From NCBI RefSeq assembly GCF_009914755.1, contig NC_060935.1: DNA of 64,000 nt. One strand, 5' to 3'. A program made the position numbers and the translations under genes. The notes under the pieces are model-generated. The model worked only from the letters and a program-made list of their open reading frames with translations, searched no databases and was not told where the DNA came from. The stretch is from the human T2T-CHM13v2.0 reference genome, Homo sapiens. Below are positions 12,924 to 26,643 of the stretch, one piece after another; the stretch's first letter is position 1, and every line of letters begins with the position of its first letter.

Positions 12924-15900
12924 GTAGGGAGCTGACATTGTTCTGCGAACTGATGGTTTGTATGGGGTCGGGGTAAGGGGCAGGGGTGCAGGTGTGTGCA
13001 CTGAGGCGTGCCTGAGTTGGCGGAGAGGTCGCTGGTTCCCTGGGCTGCACAATTTATGGCTGCGCTGGGGGCTCTGCCCGGGAATGTGGCAGTCGTAGGG
13101 AAAGGCTCAGAGGTTCTGGCGGTGAGCTTTTTCCCAAAAACTGGCCTCTGCGGCTCAGGCACTTGTTAAAGGTGAGGGGTGGCTGGACCAGGTGGTCGCC
13201 GAGATTGAGGGACTTGTGCCTGGCACTGTCTGTGCCTGAGCCTGGTGGCCGTGGTGACAGGGGGCTTGGAGGGGCTCCCCGCGAGCAGTCTTCTCTGAAG
13301 TTAATGAGCCCCAAAGGAGGGGTCTGGCTTGGAGTGAATGCCCCCACTCGCCCATGCCATAGGGCTTTGCCAGCCCTGGCTCCTGCACTCTGGGAGAGCC
13401 GCTGCTTTGTCCTGGGCCTGACTGTGCCCGGGCTTTCCTGGGGTGCCTTCATGCCGTGAGCTGGTGGGCAGACAGAGATGCTTTCTCCTGTCTGAACGTG
13501 GCTTTCTGAGGCCCAAGTCATGGAGTCTGATTTGTCCGTGGAAAATGGCATTTACTGTAGTGAACTGTGTTCTGTTCCTGCTCTCCACCAAAACGGTACA
13601 TGCAAAACTCGTCTACTGAAGAGAAACTAGGTTTCAGTGTTGGGTTGGGTCCTGATTGGCTTCTGGGGTTAAGGCTTACAGGCACTGGGGGAGGAGAAGA
13701 AGAAGAATCTTGGTTATGCTTTGTGTAAGGTAGAATGATTCTATCTCCCTGATTACCTTGCCTGCAGAAACGCTAACTGAATTTCCAGTGTTGATAAACC
13801 ACACCTCTCATATGCGGGCAAAACACTTAATGATTGCGATGGGAAATTTTATTCTCTGGGATTTTATAAGAGAATAAGCATGAGGTGGACGTTAAGAAGG
13901 TTCATGGGAACGATTTCCCTGCCTCTCCTTGGTTTAGTCTGCCCTCCTAAATAAAGTTTTCCAAACTAAGCGACAGAACTAACCACAAGGCAACATGGCA
14001 ATATTCCTGTCCTTTGCACATGAAGATTTCTGGAAAGATAACCCTGGTGCTGGTGTCTACTGTTTTGCCCCTCTGATGACTTCTTCTAGGATTGGGTTGT
14101 TTTGGACTGTATACTTAAGGCAATATCTATAGGATAGAAAATGGTGAAGAGGAGGCAATGTCAATACAGAGCTGAGTTATCAGGACATTGCCAAAGGAAG
14201 TGTGTAATTTAGGGACCCGTGCAGGGCTACAAGCATCCAGTGATCCTTTGTCTAGGCAAAGCTTAACCTCATGGCTCTGGTGAACTCCTAGTTATTTGTT
14301 GGCTCACGAGACCCACCTCTTCCACTCTTCTGAGCAAAAATAAAGCAACTTCCTTCCCCCACTCAGAAATGATTGTGTATCTGCTTTAAAAATGGATTTC
14401 AGGGGAGTTACAAATATGCAGTGATTTCAGACTACTTAAATAAAAAACCAAAAATAAATGTCTAGAGCAGTAATAATCAAGGAAATTTTCTTGTTCAAGA
14501 AATGCTTGTTCTCTGGATGCCCCCTTTGTCCCTAGTCCTTGGCTGCAAGGAGGGCCTCCCAGGGACAGAGACATTCTGAATGGGGAACATTTTAGATATA
14601 AATGGGATTTTTTTTTTCAAGGAAAAGGTGTAAGGTAGCTCTGTAGAGACTTGAAGATAAATAAACAGGAAGTGGGTCCTGGCAGACAGAGACCAGGCCA
14701 GAATCTGGTCTCCAGAAGGTAGTCTTCAAGGCTTATCAAAGTCAGGACTGTCCAGAGGGTGGCTGCATTCAGCAGAGGCTGAATCACGGGACAGGCCTGA
14801 ATTAGGAGGAGCTTCTTTTTGAAATCGCGTTATCATGTACTGGCTGACTTATCTTTCTTTGTCTTCCCTTTCATGGTTCTTTTTTCTCATTCTGCCGGTC
14901 CCCCTCTCTCTTTCAGCACTAATGTTTGTTTGCATTTTCACATGTGTTCTCAACCCAGTGGTATTGTTTGGGTGTGGATGGAGATGGGAACATGGTGGAG
15001 CTTCCTTTCTAGACCCTTGAATTGACCCCAACCCAGCCAAGTTCCTTCTGGAACATCTCCTGCCATTCTGTGCCAGCCTCAGGGGCTGAATGTCTTCCTG
15101 ACACTCAAGAGAAAGGCCCTGACAGTGGATGGAGCACTACAGGGCAGGGATTAGATGAGCTAGGGTCTGAGCGACACCAGCCCTTGACCACAGGCCTGAC
15201 TTAGGATGTGAATCAGGCACCAGGTGTAACAAGCAACCAGTATGGAGGATGCTCAGGCCTCTCAGGATTGCCCTCCTTCTCAGACTCTGATGCGCTAGAA
15301 CAAGGAAGGGCTGCCCTGCTGGGATGGACTTTGGTGGGGTGGAAGCCCCTGAACTCTCAAACATAGGTCCTGCATTTTCTTGTTCTGTGTACAGAGAGGC
15401 AAGTAGGAATTTCAGAACGTATTTTGTTTGCATAAAAATTGCTGCATTTTCATGTAACCTGACTGTAGGTTGCAACCATCTAGTAGTTCAGAGTTCTGAG
15501 TTATTTTCTTTTTGCTTTGTATTGTGTGTGTGTAGGGGGACAGAGGACCCTTCCTTCCTTCCTTCCATCTATCTTTCTTTCTTCTTCCGTTTGTTTTTTT
15601 CTGTTTTGGCTAATCATATAACCAAGCTGTAAGGAACCACAACTAGGGGAGACCAGAGCACCTGTGCTCTGGCCTGGAGGGCCGCCATATCCATCTTCCT
15701 ATGGGTGATTGGGTGATGATGGTGATACATGTAGTTTTCTTCATAACCAGCAGAGGACTTTTTGCTCTAATTTCATTTTATTCTGCTTTGTTCTCACCAA
15801 CATCATATTTTGAGGATCTTTTGCAGTGCCTAAAGAATAAATGCTCAGCAGAAGATTCTAATTTGAGGAAACTTTAAAAAATGTTTTATCTTATCCAAGT

Positions 15901-16059
15901 AGCTCTAACAATCCTTGTGGAGGTATTGGGAAATGTTTCAATTAGCATAGCACTGACAGCCTGAAAAGAATTACAATTTGCAGTCTCCCACTCTTTCTGC
16001 CCTCCCGCTGGCATTCTGTAGGCATATTTCTTAAAAGGGTGAGGTAAAACAGAATCTGC

Positions 16060-16520
16060 ATTAATAATACTATTAGCCAATGTTAATTGAGTGCTCACTA
16101 TGTGTTGGGGAGTATCTAAGTGTTTTAATAATATCTCACCTATCATTCAGCCTCATGACATTAACACTTTAATAACAGCCCTATGGTGTAGGAGTTACTA
16201 TTATCCCTATTTTACAGACGAGGAAACTGAGGTGTGGAGAGTTTACATGCTTTGATGAAGGTGGCACAGCTAGGAAGCTTTGAAGCCAGGCTATGAAGCA
16301 CTGGTAACAATCACGTTAATAAGATACATAGTACTATCATTGGTCTGTTACTGTGTGAACATTTTATGTAAACAGTAACATTTACTCCTCACACCTCTCT
16401 GAAATAGACAATTATTCCCGGTTAAGGCCTAGAGAGGGGGAACTTACCTGAAATCACATAAGCAGCCAGTGGCAGACCAGTATGCTAGCTCAGGACTCCA
16501 TTCCTTGACTTTGTACACCA
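16060..16520 (-). mobile_element. Two adjacent MIR fragments
   Basis: ttatccctattttacagacgaggaaactgagg...aaggtggcacagctag, followed by a second more degraded core. Confidence 0.65.
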
Positions 16521-16874
16521 AGCTTCCCAGGACTATTCAGGACCCTTTGGATTCGTGTTCCTCTCATTCCTCTGTGGCACTTAATGTCTTCCCTATTCAT
16601 TTTGGCTTAGACCCTGTTTTCCAGTGTTATCTCTCTGTCTTCTTTCTTCCCTTGGGCTGCAGAGCACCTCTTGGAAAGCAAGAATCATGCCTTGTCATGG
16701 CATGAGCACTGTGTGCTGGCAGATGCTTACTCAAACAAAATGAATGAAAGCCAAACAACGATATCCCCCAGCTATATTCAGTTTATCTCCTTACCACATT
16801 TCTCTATCATTTTATTTTAAATTTCAACTACGGTCAATCAGAAATGTATTGAGTGGTTCTTTCAAGAAGGGGAC

Positions 16875-17233
16875 TGTATTAGTCCGTTAGGCAGTGCTGA
16901 TAAAGACATACCCAAGACTGGGTAATTTATAGAGAAAAAGAGGTTTAATGGACTCACAGTTCCACGTGGCTGGGGAGGCCTCACAATCATGGCAGAAGGC
17001 AAAAGGCACATTTTACACGGCGGCAGATGAGACAATGAAAGCCAAGAGAAAGGGGAAACCCCTTATAAAATCATCAGATCCTGTGAGACTGATTCACTAC
17101 CACCAGAGCAGTATGGGGAAAACTGCCCCGATGATTCAATTATCTCCCACTGGGTCCCTCCCACAACACATAGGAATTATGGGAGCTACAATTCAAGATG
17201 AGATTTGGGTGGGGACACAGCCAGACCATATCA
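16875..17233 (-). mobile_element. THE1 (MaLR) solo LTR, full length
   Basis: TGTATTAGTCCG...gactgggtaatttata...ggactcacagttccac...gagatttgggtggggacacagccagaccatatCA is the reverse complement of the THE1 LTR. 5-bp TSD gggac/ggcac. Confidence 0.93.
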
Positions 17234-19689
17234 GGCACTGAGCTGGGTGTTTGGGTGTGGAAAGGCGTACGGCCTGGACTTGGCTTTTGGGGGCTTGGGT
17301 CCAACTGGAAAAGCTGGCTGTGGACAAAGAGGTCATGGACCTTGTGAGGCAGAGTACACCATGAAAACGTGGGCGATCACGCTGTCCGTGGCTGGAGCAG
17401 AGCCCCTCTGTTGGAGTGAAGGCTTTCTGTGGGTTGGCAGGACTGCACTAGCTCCTAGCTCCTGGGTGGAAGTGAGCAGACATCAGTGAGGAATCAGAGA
17501 GCCCCAGAAGCCCCAATGCATGGGTGTCATTCACTTAGAGACCTTCACTAAGCATCAACACACCTGTCACTTGGCAGTTTCAATGAATGCTTTCCACATT
17601 TCAGAGATTCCCCAATTAAGGCAGCAGCTAGTAAAGTGCATTCTTTCCTGGGGATCACTTGGCAGGTGGGTATCAGAGGCTGAACGCTGCATTCCATCAC
17701 GCCTCTAGACCATAGGCTTAGCGATTGGATGATGTTGTTTTTCCCGGGTGAGTTAGGAATTGAAGGTCTGAGAAATGTATGTAATTTTGGTTGAGTTTTG
17801 ATATGGGACTCCATGGAATCACACAGACTAAATGTGGTTTTGATACTTGAGAGGACCCGGGAGTCACCCTCTAGATGAAGGAAGCTGCGGCACTTTGCTC
17901 ATGTCATGTAAGGTGCTTGGAGTTTCATTTGATAAGCAGATGGATTCTCTGGTAGTCCCTCCAGCTACTCCACAGCCTCTTAAGGGCGGAACTAGGCCTC
18001 CTCCAGGCTTGCCTCCTAATCCGCAGCACATGGCTTGGCCTGTGGAATTTGCCAATAAAATCCGAAGGACTCTCATCCTGCCTTTCCTTTCACTCACTCT
18101 GTTGTGGACACCCATAAACACAGCTTATTCCAGCTGCAAAGCGTTTCCTCTTGTGGTCCGCCCTGCTGGGAACACCCCTACCCTGATCTTCCCATGGACA
18201 GCTGTTTCTTGTCATTTTGGCCTAAGCTCACAGAGAATTCCCTCCCTGATGCCTTTCCTGATACCAAATCAAAATAATCCTCTACCACTACCACCAGTCT
18301 TACTCTGGCATATCATCCTGGAGTTTTTCTTCAGAACAATCATCTCCATCTGAAGTTATCCCATTCATTATTTGGTTATCTGTGTATGGGTTGTCTTCCC
18401 CAAAGGGACTAAAAATTCCTTGAGAAGAGATATGCTCTGTCTTGTTAGCAGTGTCTGGCGGATAGAAGGTGTTCAATAAATTTGTTGCATGAATGACTGC
18501 AGGAATGAAGGCCTGAGATCACGTCTTCTTCTCCTTGGAGTCTGTGTCCTTTTTCCTGAATTGTCTTGTGTTGTCCTTGCCTTGGGCATGTTACTTCCTC
18601 AGTGTCATTTCTGACTGGGCAGCTGTGTGAGGCTGCTCCTGTGGAGGTGCTGGAGACAGGTTACAAATACATAGAAGTCATTGAACTTGTGTCTGTCTGT
18701 CCAGGCCACAGATGAGGTGTGTTGGTTGTCCATTATTTCATATTTGCACCCATGACACTTACCTTCCTTCTGCTGGGTCACCTCCCCACCCAGTCCTTAA
18801 GTCTTTGAAGGAACAATGATAGTCAACTCCAGGGAAATTAGCATTTTCAAGGTAAGGAGGGACACAGAAAAGCACTCTGCTCATCCTTTCTCTCTGTTTG
18901 TGGAGTCTGCTGGCAGTGGTTGTGGTGGTATAACTATTGATCCGTTGTTTATGAGTTCACCCGTTCAGAATAGCAATGCTACTCAGGAGGCCTGTGCTGC
19001 TCCCACTGCCCTGCCCCCTCTCAGGACCCGCCACTGGGCACTCACCTCTGGGCTTGCCAGGCATCCGGCTGGTGTCCTGTGGCTCTGAGGAGCAGGCACA
19101 GATGGGACCAAGGAGGGAGGCTCCTGGAAGCACATTCAGCTGTTGAGGAGCCAAAAACTAAAATGGGAAAACTAAAAACTCAACCAAACATAGGGCAGAA
19201 GGGGTAGGAGTATGCCAGTTGTCACTGAAAGCTAGAGGAGGCTACAGGGGGCCAGCTCAGTTCTCTAACACCCCTCATCTAAACCGTAAGTGCTTTGCAG
19301 AAAAACGTCTCCTTTCTCCCTCTTTTAAATGCATTGCGTTCTTGAATTTGAAAGGTTTGCAGAGAGCTGGGAGGTCAACCACCTGGTTTTACAGATAGTG
19401 GAAGTAGTGATAATCAGTCTTGCGTAAGGAGGCCTTCCAGAAGGGTGAGAGGGCCGGCAGCCAGTACACTTTCCATCCCCAGGCTGTGAGCCCTCACTTG
19501 GGGCTATGCATGCTGAAGGAAAGGCCATGTTTCCCTAAGTGCAAAAGCATCCTCCTGACCATGAATGCTTTCAATGCATTTAGCTGACATTTATCACTGT
19601 ATTCTCTCCTGACTGCTGGTTTAGTCCGTACCACACCTTGCGTTCTTATGTTTTGACTCTCATTCCATGTGGGACAGCTGTTTGCTGTG

Positions 19690-19890
19690 GGTCAGGTCCT
19701 GTGCTGAGCAGTTTACCAGAAGAACCTCATTTAATCCTCACAGATACTCCATCAGGTGGACACAATGATTACTCTGATTTTACAGAGCAGGAAACCAAAG
19801 CGCTGAGAGGCACAGTGAAGGTATTTTCCCAGCTCACATACTCAGGTGGGTGCTGAGCCTGGGACTCAAGATGGGTGGTGTCTGACTCCT
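19690..19890 (-). mobile_element. MIR SINE
   Basis: ctcatttaatcctcacag...gattttacagagcaggaaacc...cccagctcaca. Confidence 0.65.
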
Positions 19891-22387
19891 AGGCAATCCC
19901 CCTCTGTTCCATAGTACTGGTCTTGTTCTGTCCCTTGTATTCTTCATTGCCAAGTTCCTCTCCCACTAGAGACCCAGTGAGTTTGGTTGTCCCTCCTTGT
20001 CGTGGTGCACAGGAATCCCCTCTCCTGAAGCATGAGGAACAGGGCCTGGGAGTGTTTAAGGTTTCATGTCATCCATGGCGTGGAGACACAGGGACCCAAC
20101 CGACCTCTAGAGGTCCCTTCTACTCACAGAATCCTGCAATTTCTATAGTTTGTTCAGAGGAAGACTCTTATTCCAGGTTCTTCCATTGATCTTTGGCTTT
20201 AGGTATCAGCAATCTTGGACTTTCTCACCTGGAGTTAGTAATACCATGAACATTTCCACGTACTTCTCTGGAATGCAGTATTGAACCAGTCAAGGCAGAC
20301 ACCAATTCTAGGAGGATTCTACAGGCCAGTCAGTGGATCTGGATGCCATAGCACCAGGGGAACAAGAGGGACCAGCTCCAAAACGCTTCCTTTTTTTTTT
20401 TTTTAAATTAGTAATAGGCATCTCTCCTGGGGAATCTTGTAAAAAAAAGATAATTAATGGTAATGGCATGTTTGTTCTCTTAGGTTGAAAGTCTCCACTG
20501 ATGAGTAAAATAGAACATCGTCCTTGTGTTATTTAAGGTCATTTTGCTTCCTCAGGAGTAAGTTGATGGGTTCCCACTGTGTAATAGATAACTAATACTA
20601 AATAAATAATAAGCAATACTACCAACATCATTATAGATGGTCAAATATTTTTAGGAAACCAAGGACTTATTGGGTTTAGGATGCAATTTCAAATTGCATG
20701 TGTGAGCTGAAGGGAGAAGGAAGCAACGGGGAAGTTTACTAGGAGTACAATCATTGGAGACAAACATCTCCAACACACAAGACCTTACTGACTCGTAGGT
20801 ACCAGGAGGGGTAGGCTAGAAAGAAGATAGAGTGGGAGACAGGAATCTACAAACTCTGGCTCAGGCAGTTTGTTTGATTGCAGGCAAAATTTGTAATCTC
20901 TCCACCCTGCATTTAAACAGGACCGTTATTACCCATCTCACAGTGTTGTTTTAGGTTAAAATGAGATGACACACACAAAACATAGTATATAGTTATAACT
21001 TTCTTTCTCTATATATGAATATATATGTATGTACATATGCATGTGTGCATATATGTGTATATAATATACACACATATACCAATTTTCATTATAAACTATT
21101 GTAGCTTAAACACTTTGGCAGATATACCATGTCTTGCTTCTGAAAGATCCAATTATAGGTGGACAAATCCCCCTTTGTCCACCTATAATTGTGAGTTTTT
21201 TTGTGGTGCCTCTCCTACACATCTGTTTAGAGATTCTTCAGTTTCAAATCATTTCTTGAGATGTTTGATTTCTGAGAGGGAGCGAGAAGAAAGATATTTC
21301 TTTGTTTTTCGTAAAAAGATTGTTGCATAGCAGGTTGTGACAGTTCATGGCTCTGAAGATGCATTTCCCATCAGAAAAATTCATCCAGAAGGTTCTGTGG
21401 AGCAGGTTTTCTGTGAATTCATGCATAGATTTCGGAGTGCCAGACCCCTTTTCCTTGGAGAAATGATTTTTCCATGATAATTCCAGTGGAGTCAAATGGT
21501 AAAAAACAGGGTCTGGGATAACATGTGTTGGGGAAGAGGTAGTTTAAGACTCTCGCAGCTGTAATGTTCTCTAATTGTAAGTCTTCTCTTCATTCATATC
21601 TCCTGATGATTGGGAGGCAGGCTCAGGGCTTGAGTGGTGATGGTGAAAATAGAGAAGGAGGCTTCTTTGCATTTGGGAATTTTACTTTTGGTCAGGTCTA
21701 GGGCAACACCAGTGCATCTGGCATTAGAAACTGATCTCAGCATTCACTGATGGGATCACAGGAAGAGTCCTGTCCATTTTAACCCAATGTCAAAGGGCTT
21801 AAATTAGTTTAAATGTAGTGAACTATGAATAGCCGTCTTGATCTTTCATGATCTGTTTTTCTTAAATCTCATTTATTCACATTGTTGAATTATTTGGTTT
21901 TATTTGGGTGTATTTGGGCAACTTGCTGTCCTATCAGTGTGAAATGTTTTGGCTTAGAAAGCTTTTGGGGGGTTAGATTTGTCTTATAAAATGAACGTAT
22001 GAACTAATCTTACAATCTTGCTGATGGATTTCTTAAAATAATAGAATTTTTAATGAAAACAGCATCAACCAACAGACTGATGGAAAATTAAAAAAACTAA
22101 AATTGACCTTCAAACAAGCTTTGTTGGGTTCATGGAGTCAAAGGAAGATGTATCTGTGTGAAAATAGTTTCTTAATCTTCTGTGCTTTCAAACGGCCTCT
22201 AATGTGCTGGATGAGTGAAAAAAATGCTCTCACATTCAGAATAATCATCTTTGGACAAATTTACCTGTCAGGAGGGCTCAATCCAAAATTCTAACCCTTC
22301 AGAAGCTATAAGTAAGAAAAAGAACGCATGCGAATTATTTTTAATTTAGTGCAGTTTTTATACAGAAAAGCTGGAAATAGCAATGCT

Positions 22388-22868
22388 GTGGTTTACGGGT
22401 TGAATTTTGTCCCATCTCCCCACCATAAAAAAATTATATTGATGTCCTAACCTCCAATAGCTTACAATGTGACTTTATTTGTAAATATGGTTGCTACAGA
22501 TGTAATTAGCTAAGGTGAGGTCATACTAGAGTAGAGTGTGCCTCTAAACCAATATAACTGGTGTTCTGGTAAAAAGATGCCTATGTGGAGACACAGAAGA
22601 CACGCAGAGAGTGACAACAAAGGCAGAGGCTGTAGTGATGCACCCACAAGCCAAGAAATGCCACAGATTGCCAGCAAGCAGCCAGGAATTAGGAAGAGGC
22701 AATGAGGGAAACTTCCCTACAAGTTTCAAAGGGAGTATGGCCCTGCCAACACGGTGATCTCCATGATTTCAGACTTCTGGGCTCTAGAACTGTGAGACAA
22801 CACATTTCCACTGTTTTCAGCCCCCAGTTTTGATACTATATTATGACAGCAGTAGGATACTGGAACAT
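22388..22868 (+). mobile_element. MLT1 (MLT1B/C-like) MaLR solo LTR
   Basis: gggttgaattttgtccc...gtcctaacc...gatgtaattagctaaggtgaggtcatactagagtag...caagccaagaaatgcc...gatttcagacttctgg..ctagaactgtgagacaa. Confidence 0.85.
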
Positions 22869-23799
22869 TTGCATATTAAAAAAATAATTTTGTTAAATAA
22901 TAGTAACAATCTTGCAAAGGATCGTAGATAGGCCTGGTTAGATCACCCAGTTCCCAGCTGTGACACGAGCCACTGCAGTCCACAGAGGAAGTGCCAGAGT
23001 CCAGAATGCTTCTGGGTCTCAGTCGTGAGCCCAGCCTCTCCATTACAAATCCTAAAGAAGCCAATCAGGGTGGAAATGCTTGCCCTTTTATTCCTCAGAG
23101 GCCATCAGCACAAACCCTATTGTATCTTCTCAGTTATCTCGACCACCTGAGAAGTCACAGACCCCCAACCCCAGGGCCGTGCATCGTTTTCTAGATTCAT
23201 ATCCCAACATCCAACAGCCCAACCCAGTTACAAACCTCTTCCTCATCCTCCAAACCTTTTTACTCTCTGGACTTAATGATCTGTCACCAGCAACATTTTT
23301 ACATCTCCAGTCTCTGCTTTGAATGTTCCCCCCTTATTATTATTTTTTTCTTTTTTGCTTTAGTTGAAACTCGGCTGTTCCCTGGATTATTTCCACTCCT
23401 GGAGTCCTCAAAAGTGGCTGTTTTTCTCCCACACCTTGCTTACCCTGAGGCCTGAAAGTTGGATAAACGTCCTCCTTGCTACTCATTATGGCTGCTGGAC
23501 ATTTCTTTTTCACCTTTCTCGACATATCCAGTTAGGGTGCAGCAAATGCCACTTGGCTCTGTTGCCCTCTGCCCCTTCCTTGCCGTGATCATCTGCCATC
23601 AGTTCTGACCACGCTTCTTCACTCTGGTCCTCCAGACCGCACATCCTGCTGCTCATCTACAGAGCCTTTTAATGATGACATTCAAACTGGGTCCTCCCAG
23701 CCAGTACCCTTGACGCAAGGCCCACTGGACCACGGCCAGCTACTCCATCCTGCCCTTCCCTCAGTCTTTCTGATCTTAGGAACTGCAAACCTAGTACAT

Positions 23800-24630
23800 C
23801 TTTTATTTTTTTCATTCTCTCCTGTGCTTCATCTAATTCACCACTAAATTCTGTTTGTCTTTTCTTTTAAGAGTTATCCTGAATCAGACCACTTTTTACC
23901 ATCTCAAGCACTACCTCCGTGGGCAAAGCCACCACCGTCTCTCCTCGGCTCTTCTGGTGGCATCTTGCCTGGTCTCCTTGTTTCTACTCCTGTTCCCCTG
24001 GAGTTTATTATCTGCCTGGCAGCCCCAGCTACCATTTCACAAGAATTACCTGACTCTGTTCAAAACCTACAGTGGCTTCTGGCTAAACTTAGAATGAAAT
24101 GCAAACACCTCCATGGAGTAGAGGCTTTTTAATCGCCTGGTGCCTATGTAAGCCTCATACCACTGCCCACGTCGCTGCTGCCTCGCTCGTGGGAATGCAG
24201 AACGCTGAACTTCTCTGCTGTTCCTGGAACTTACTAAGACTGTTCTTGACTTAAGAAATGTTCTTCCCTCTCTCAGGATCTGCTATAAACTTATGGGCCT
24301 AGACCTTCGTTGAATTCATGCATCTACTCCAGTACCCCGTTTAAAAAAAAAAAGGCTTTACAGATCATCCTGTTTGAAATAGCCATGTCCTCAGCCCCCA
24401 TCTTTCTATCCCTCTACCTAGCTTTAACTTTCTTCATGGCCTGTAACACCTAGAGAAGTCTGTTATTTATGTATGTCTTCTGTTATTTATGTATTTCTCA
24501 TTTATTGCTACTCCCCCTAAAATGCAAGGTCCACCAAGCTGCTGAGTTTATTGCTCTCATTTATAGTGATTACATTACTGCCTGGGACATGGGATCTATT
24601 ACAGGATATTTGTTGAGTGAATGAAACGTT
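23800..24630 (+). mobile_element. L2 LINE remnant
   Basis: Pyrimidine-rich L2 body ending tgcctgggacat...atatttgttgagtgaatgaa. Confidence 0.65.
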
Positions 24631-25089
24631 TGTTAGGAATAATAGTAAGCTATTAATAGTGAAATTATTTATCTTTTACTAGAAAGAGGAAACTCAGGTC
24701 TGTCTCTGTATTGGCATGGGATTGGGTGTTATTAAACAGAGTTCAGATAGGGTGTGCGTGAGCTGGCGTGTTTGTTTTCTAGGTCAGAGAGTGGAATGAG
24801 ACATTGAGGAGGAAATTGTCAGGCAATGTGACACACGTCATAAAATCTACACATGTGGAATCTAAAGGGCCTTTAAATATCCACTTTCGCAAGGGGTTTT
24901 ATGGAAAATCTAATAAACACTGGAGAATAAGGATTATTCTGCTCAAGGCCTACAAACTTTGGGGGAAGGGAAGGAAGTGAAGTGGCAGCTAGAAATCAGG
25001 CTGTGAGCCTGAAGTTTCACGCGTCATTCAATGTCCAATCTTTCATGTTAACCTTTCTTTATTAAGAGAATTGTACCTTAGCGCTCTAG

Positions 25090-25310
25090 AGGATAATGAT
25101 TAAGTGCAGGGTCTGGAGCCCGACCCTCCTCCCATCCCCAGTTTCAAATGCTGGCTCAGCCACTGGGTATATGACCTTTGGCACATGGATTAGCCTTGCT
25201 GTGCCTCAGTTTATCATCATTTGAAGGGACTAATAATAGGGGTTCCGGGCCAGTGTGAAGCGTGAAGTACTCAGAACAGTGCCTGGCACTCTGCTCATAC
25301 TTGGTGTTAG
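25090..25310 (+). mobile_element. MIR SINE
   Basis: gtctggagccc...tgacctttggcac...ctgtgcctcagttt...agaacagtgcctggcac. Confidence 0.7.
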
Positions 25311-25734
25311 CCTTACATAGCTGAGGAAGGACCTGGCCTGCAGTGGGCCCGTGGTGGGCAGAGGGCAGGGTGTACCTCTCGTGACCCTGGAGCTATGTGT
25401 GGAAATGCACAGTGCAGGGCACGGAGCTGGGGGCCGTGGCTGACACTGGTGCACACTCTACAGTTACACAGACATCTGGTGGTGGGGTGGTTTTTGAAAA
25501 GTATCAGCGCAGTTCATTGCTTTTGGCATGTGACTTGTGGTCTCGGGGCCAAGGTGACCTGGCTTTTAGTCCTGGCTCTGTCCCAACGCATCATGTGGGG
25601 CTACTAAGAAAATGAGCATTCCCAGGCTTCAGGTTCACTCTGTGAAGTGAGAATACTGCTCTGTTTCGTTCTTGAGTTTTGAGGAAGAGATTACTAGCTG
25701 CTCAAATCATATATAAGTTTTTTTATTTTTCCCC

Positions 25735-26120
25735 TGAGCACAAACTCAGCTGCCTTTCCCAGCCTCTTTTGAATTTAGAGGTGACCATGTGACAGCTCTA
25801 CCCAAAGGAATGTGAGCCGAAGCTCTGTGTAGGTTGGCCCAGAAAAACATCCCCTGTGAAATTCTTTATGTTCTTTCCTTTCTCCTTAGACCATCTGGAT
25901 GTTGATGTCCAAAATTACCTTGGAAACGTGTGTCCTGTTTGGCGAGCTCCATCGGCCAAATTCTTGAATGACAGCACAGAGCAGGGCTCACACCCCCACC
26001 CACCAGCTGGCCAGGAACCTTGTTAAATTATTACCTAAAGAAAAAACAAACTTGTATTCAGGCTTCTGAGAGTTCAGAGATGATTTGTTACAATAGCTAG
26101 CATTATCCTATCTAATTCAA
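25735..26120 (+). mobile_element. Old MLT1 (I/J/K-like) MaLR LTR
   Basis: tttcccagcctc...gtgaccatgtgac...aggaatgtgagc...tttgttacaatagc..cctatctaattca. Confidence 0.55.
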
Positions 26121-26643
26121 TACTCAACCATTATAATTTATATTTTCTGATTTCAGCTGCATAGAAATATACAGATGTAGTTTCTGAATCCAGACCTAAG
26201 CACTTATTACAATTTCTTGGCAAGACTTTTGGTGATTTTTGCATGTGTCTGAAAGTGAGAACCATGGCCTTTTCAAACGGAAGTCTCAAATGTTTGATTT
26301 TCAGTTGCTTGACTGTTTACATCTGTGGTCCAAGTAACATGTCTGCTTTATTCTACAGGAATGTGAAAACCAGTGACAAGGAAAAGTTTTACCTTGAGGC
26401 AAATGAGCACATATCCATAATGGACTTAACTCAAGACATGCTATAATTGGTGAAAATACCTCTTAGATGATAAATTACTCATTAATGGCTGGAGGTCACT
26501 TATTTAGTTTAACCTTTTGTGCCAGAGGTATTCTAATATCCAGTGTTTTAATTGACACACACTAAAGAGATAGATAGGATGATTTGTAGGCTTGTTCTCA
26601 AAAATGTTAAAGAGAAAGAAGAGAAAACCACTATTAGAGTTCC

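Larger units (their letters stand above)
11690..13000. promoter_or_regulatory. CpG island / proximal (1b) promoter and GC-rich 5' UTR
   Basis: Abrupt switch to very high GC and CpG density from ~11690 through the exon. Tandem GCGCCCC GC-box-like units at 11732-11758; the flanks are CpG-depleted. Confidence 0.93.

Noticed and set aside
11645-12935. Several long overlapping ORFs (up to 235 aa) on both strands of the CpG island
   Set aside because: Pro/Arg/Gly/Ala-rich products expected from stop-poor GC-rich DNA; no recognisable domain. Only 12757-12923 is supported.
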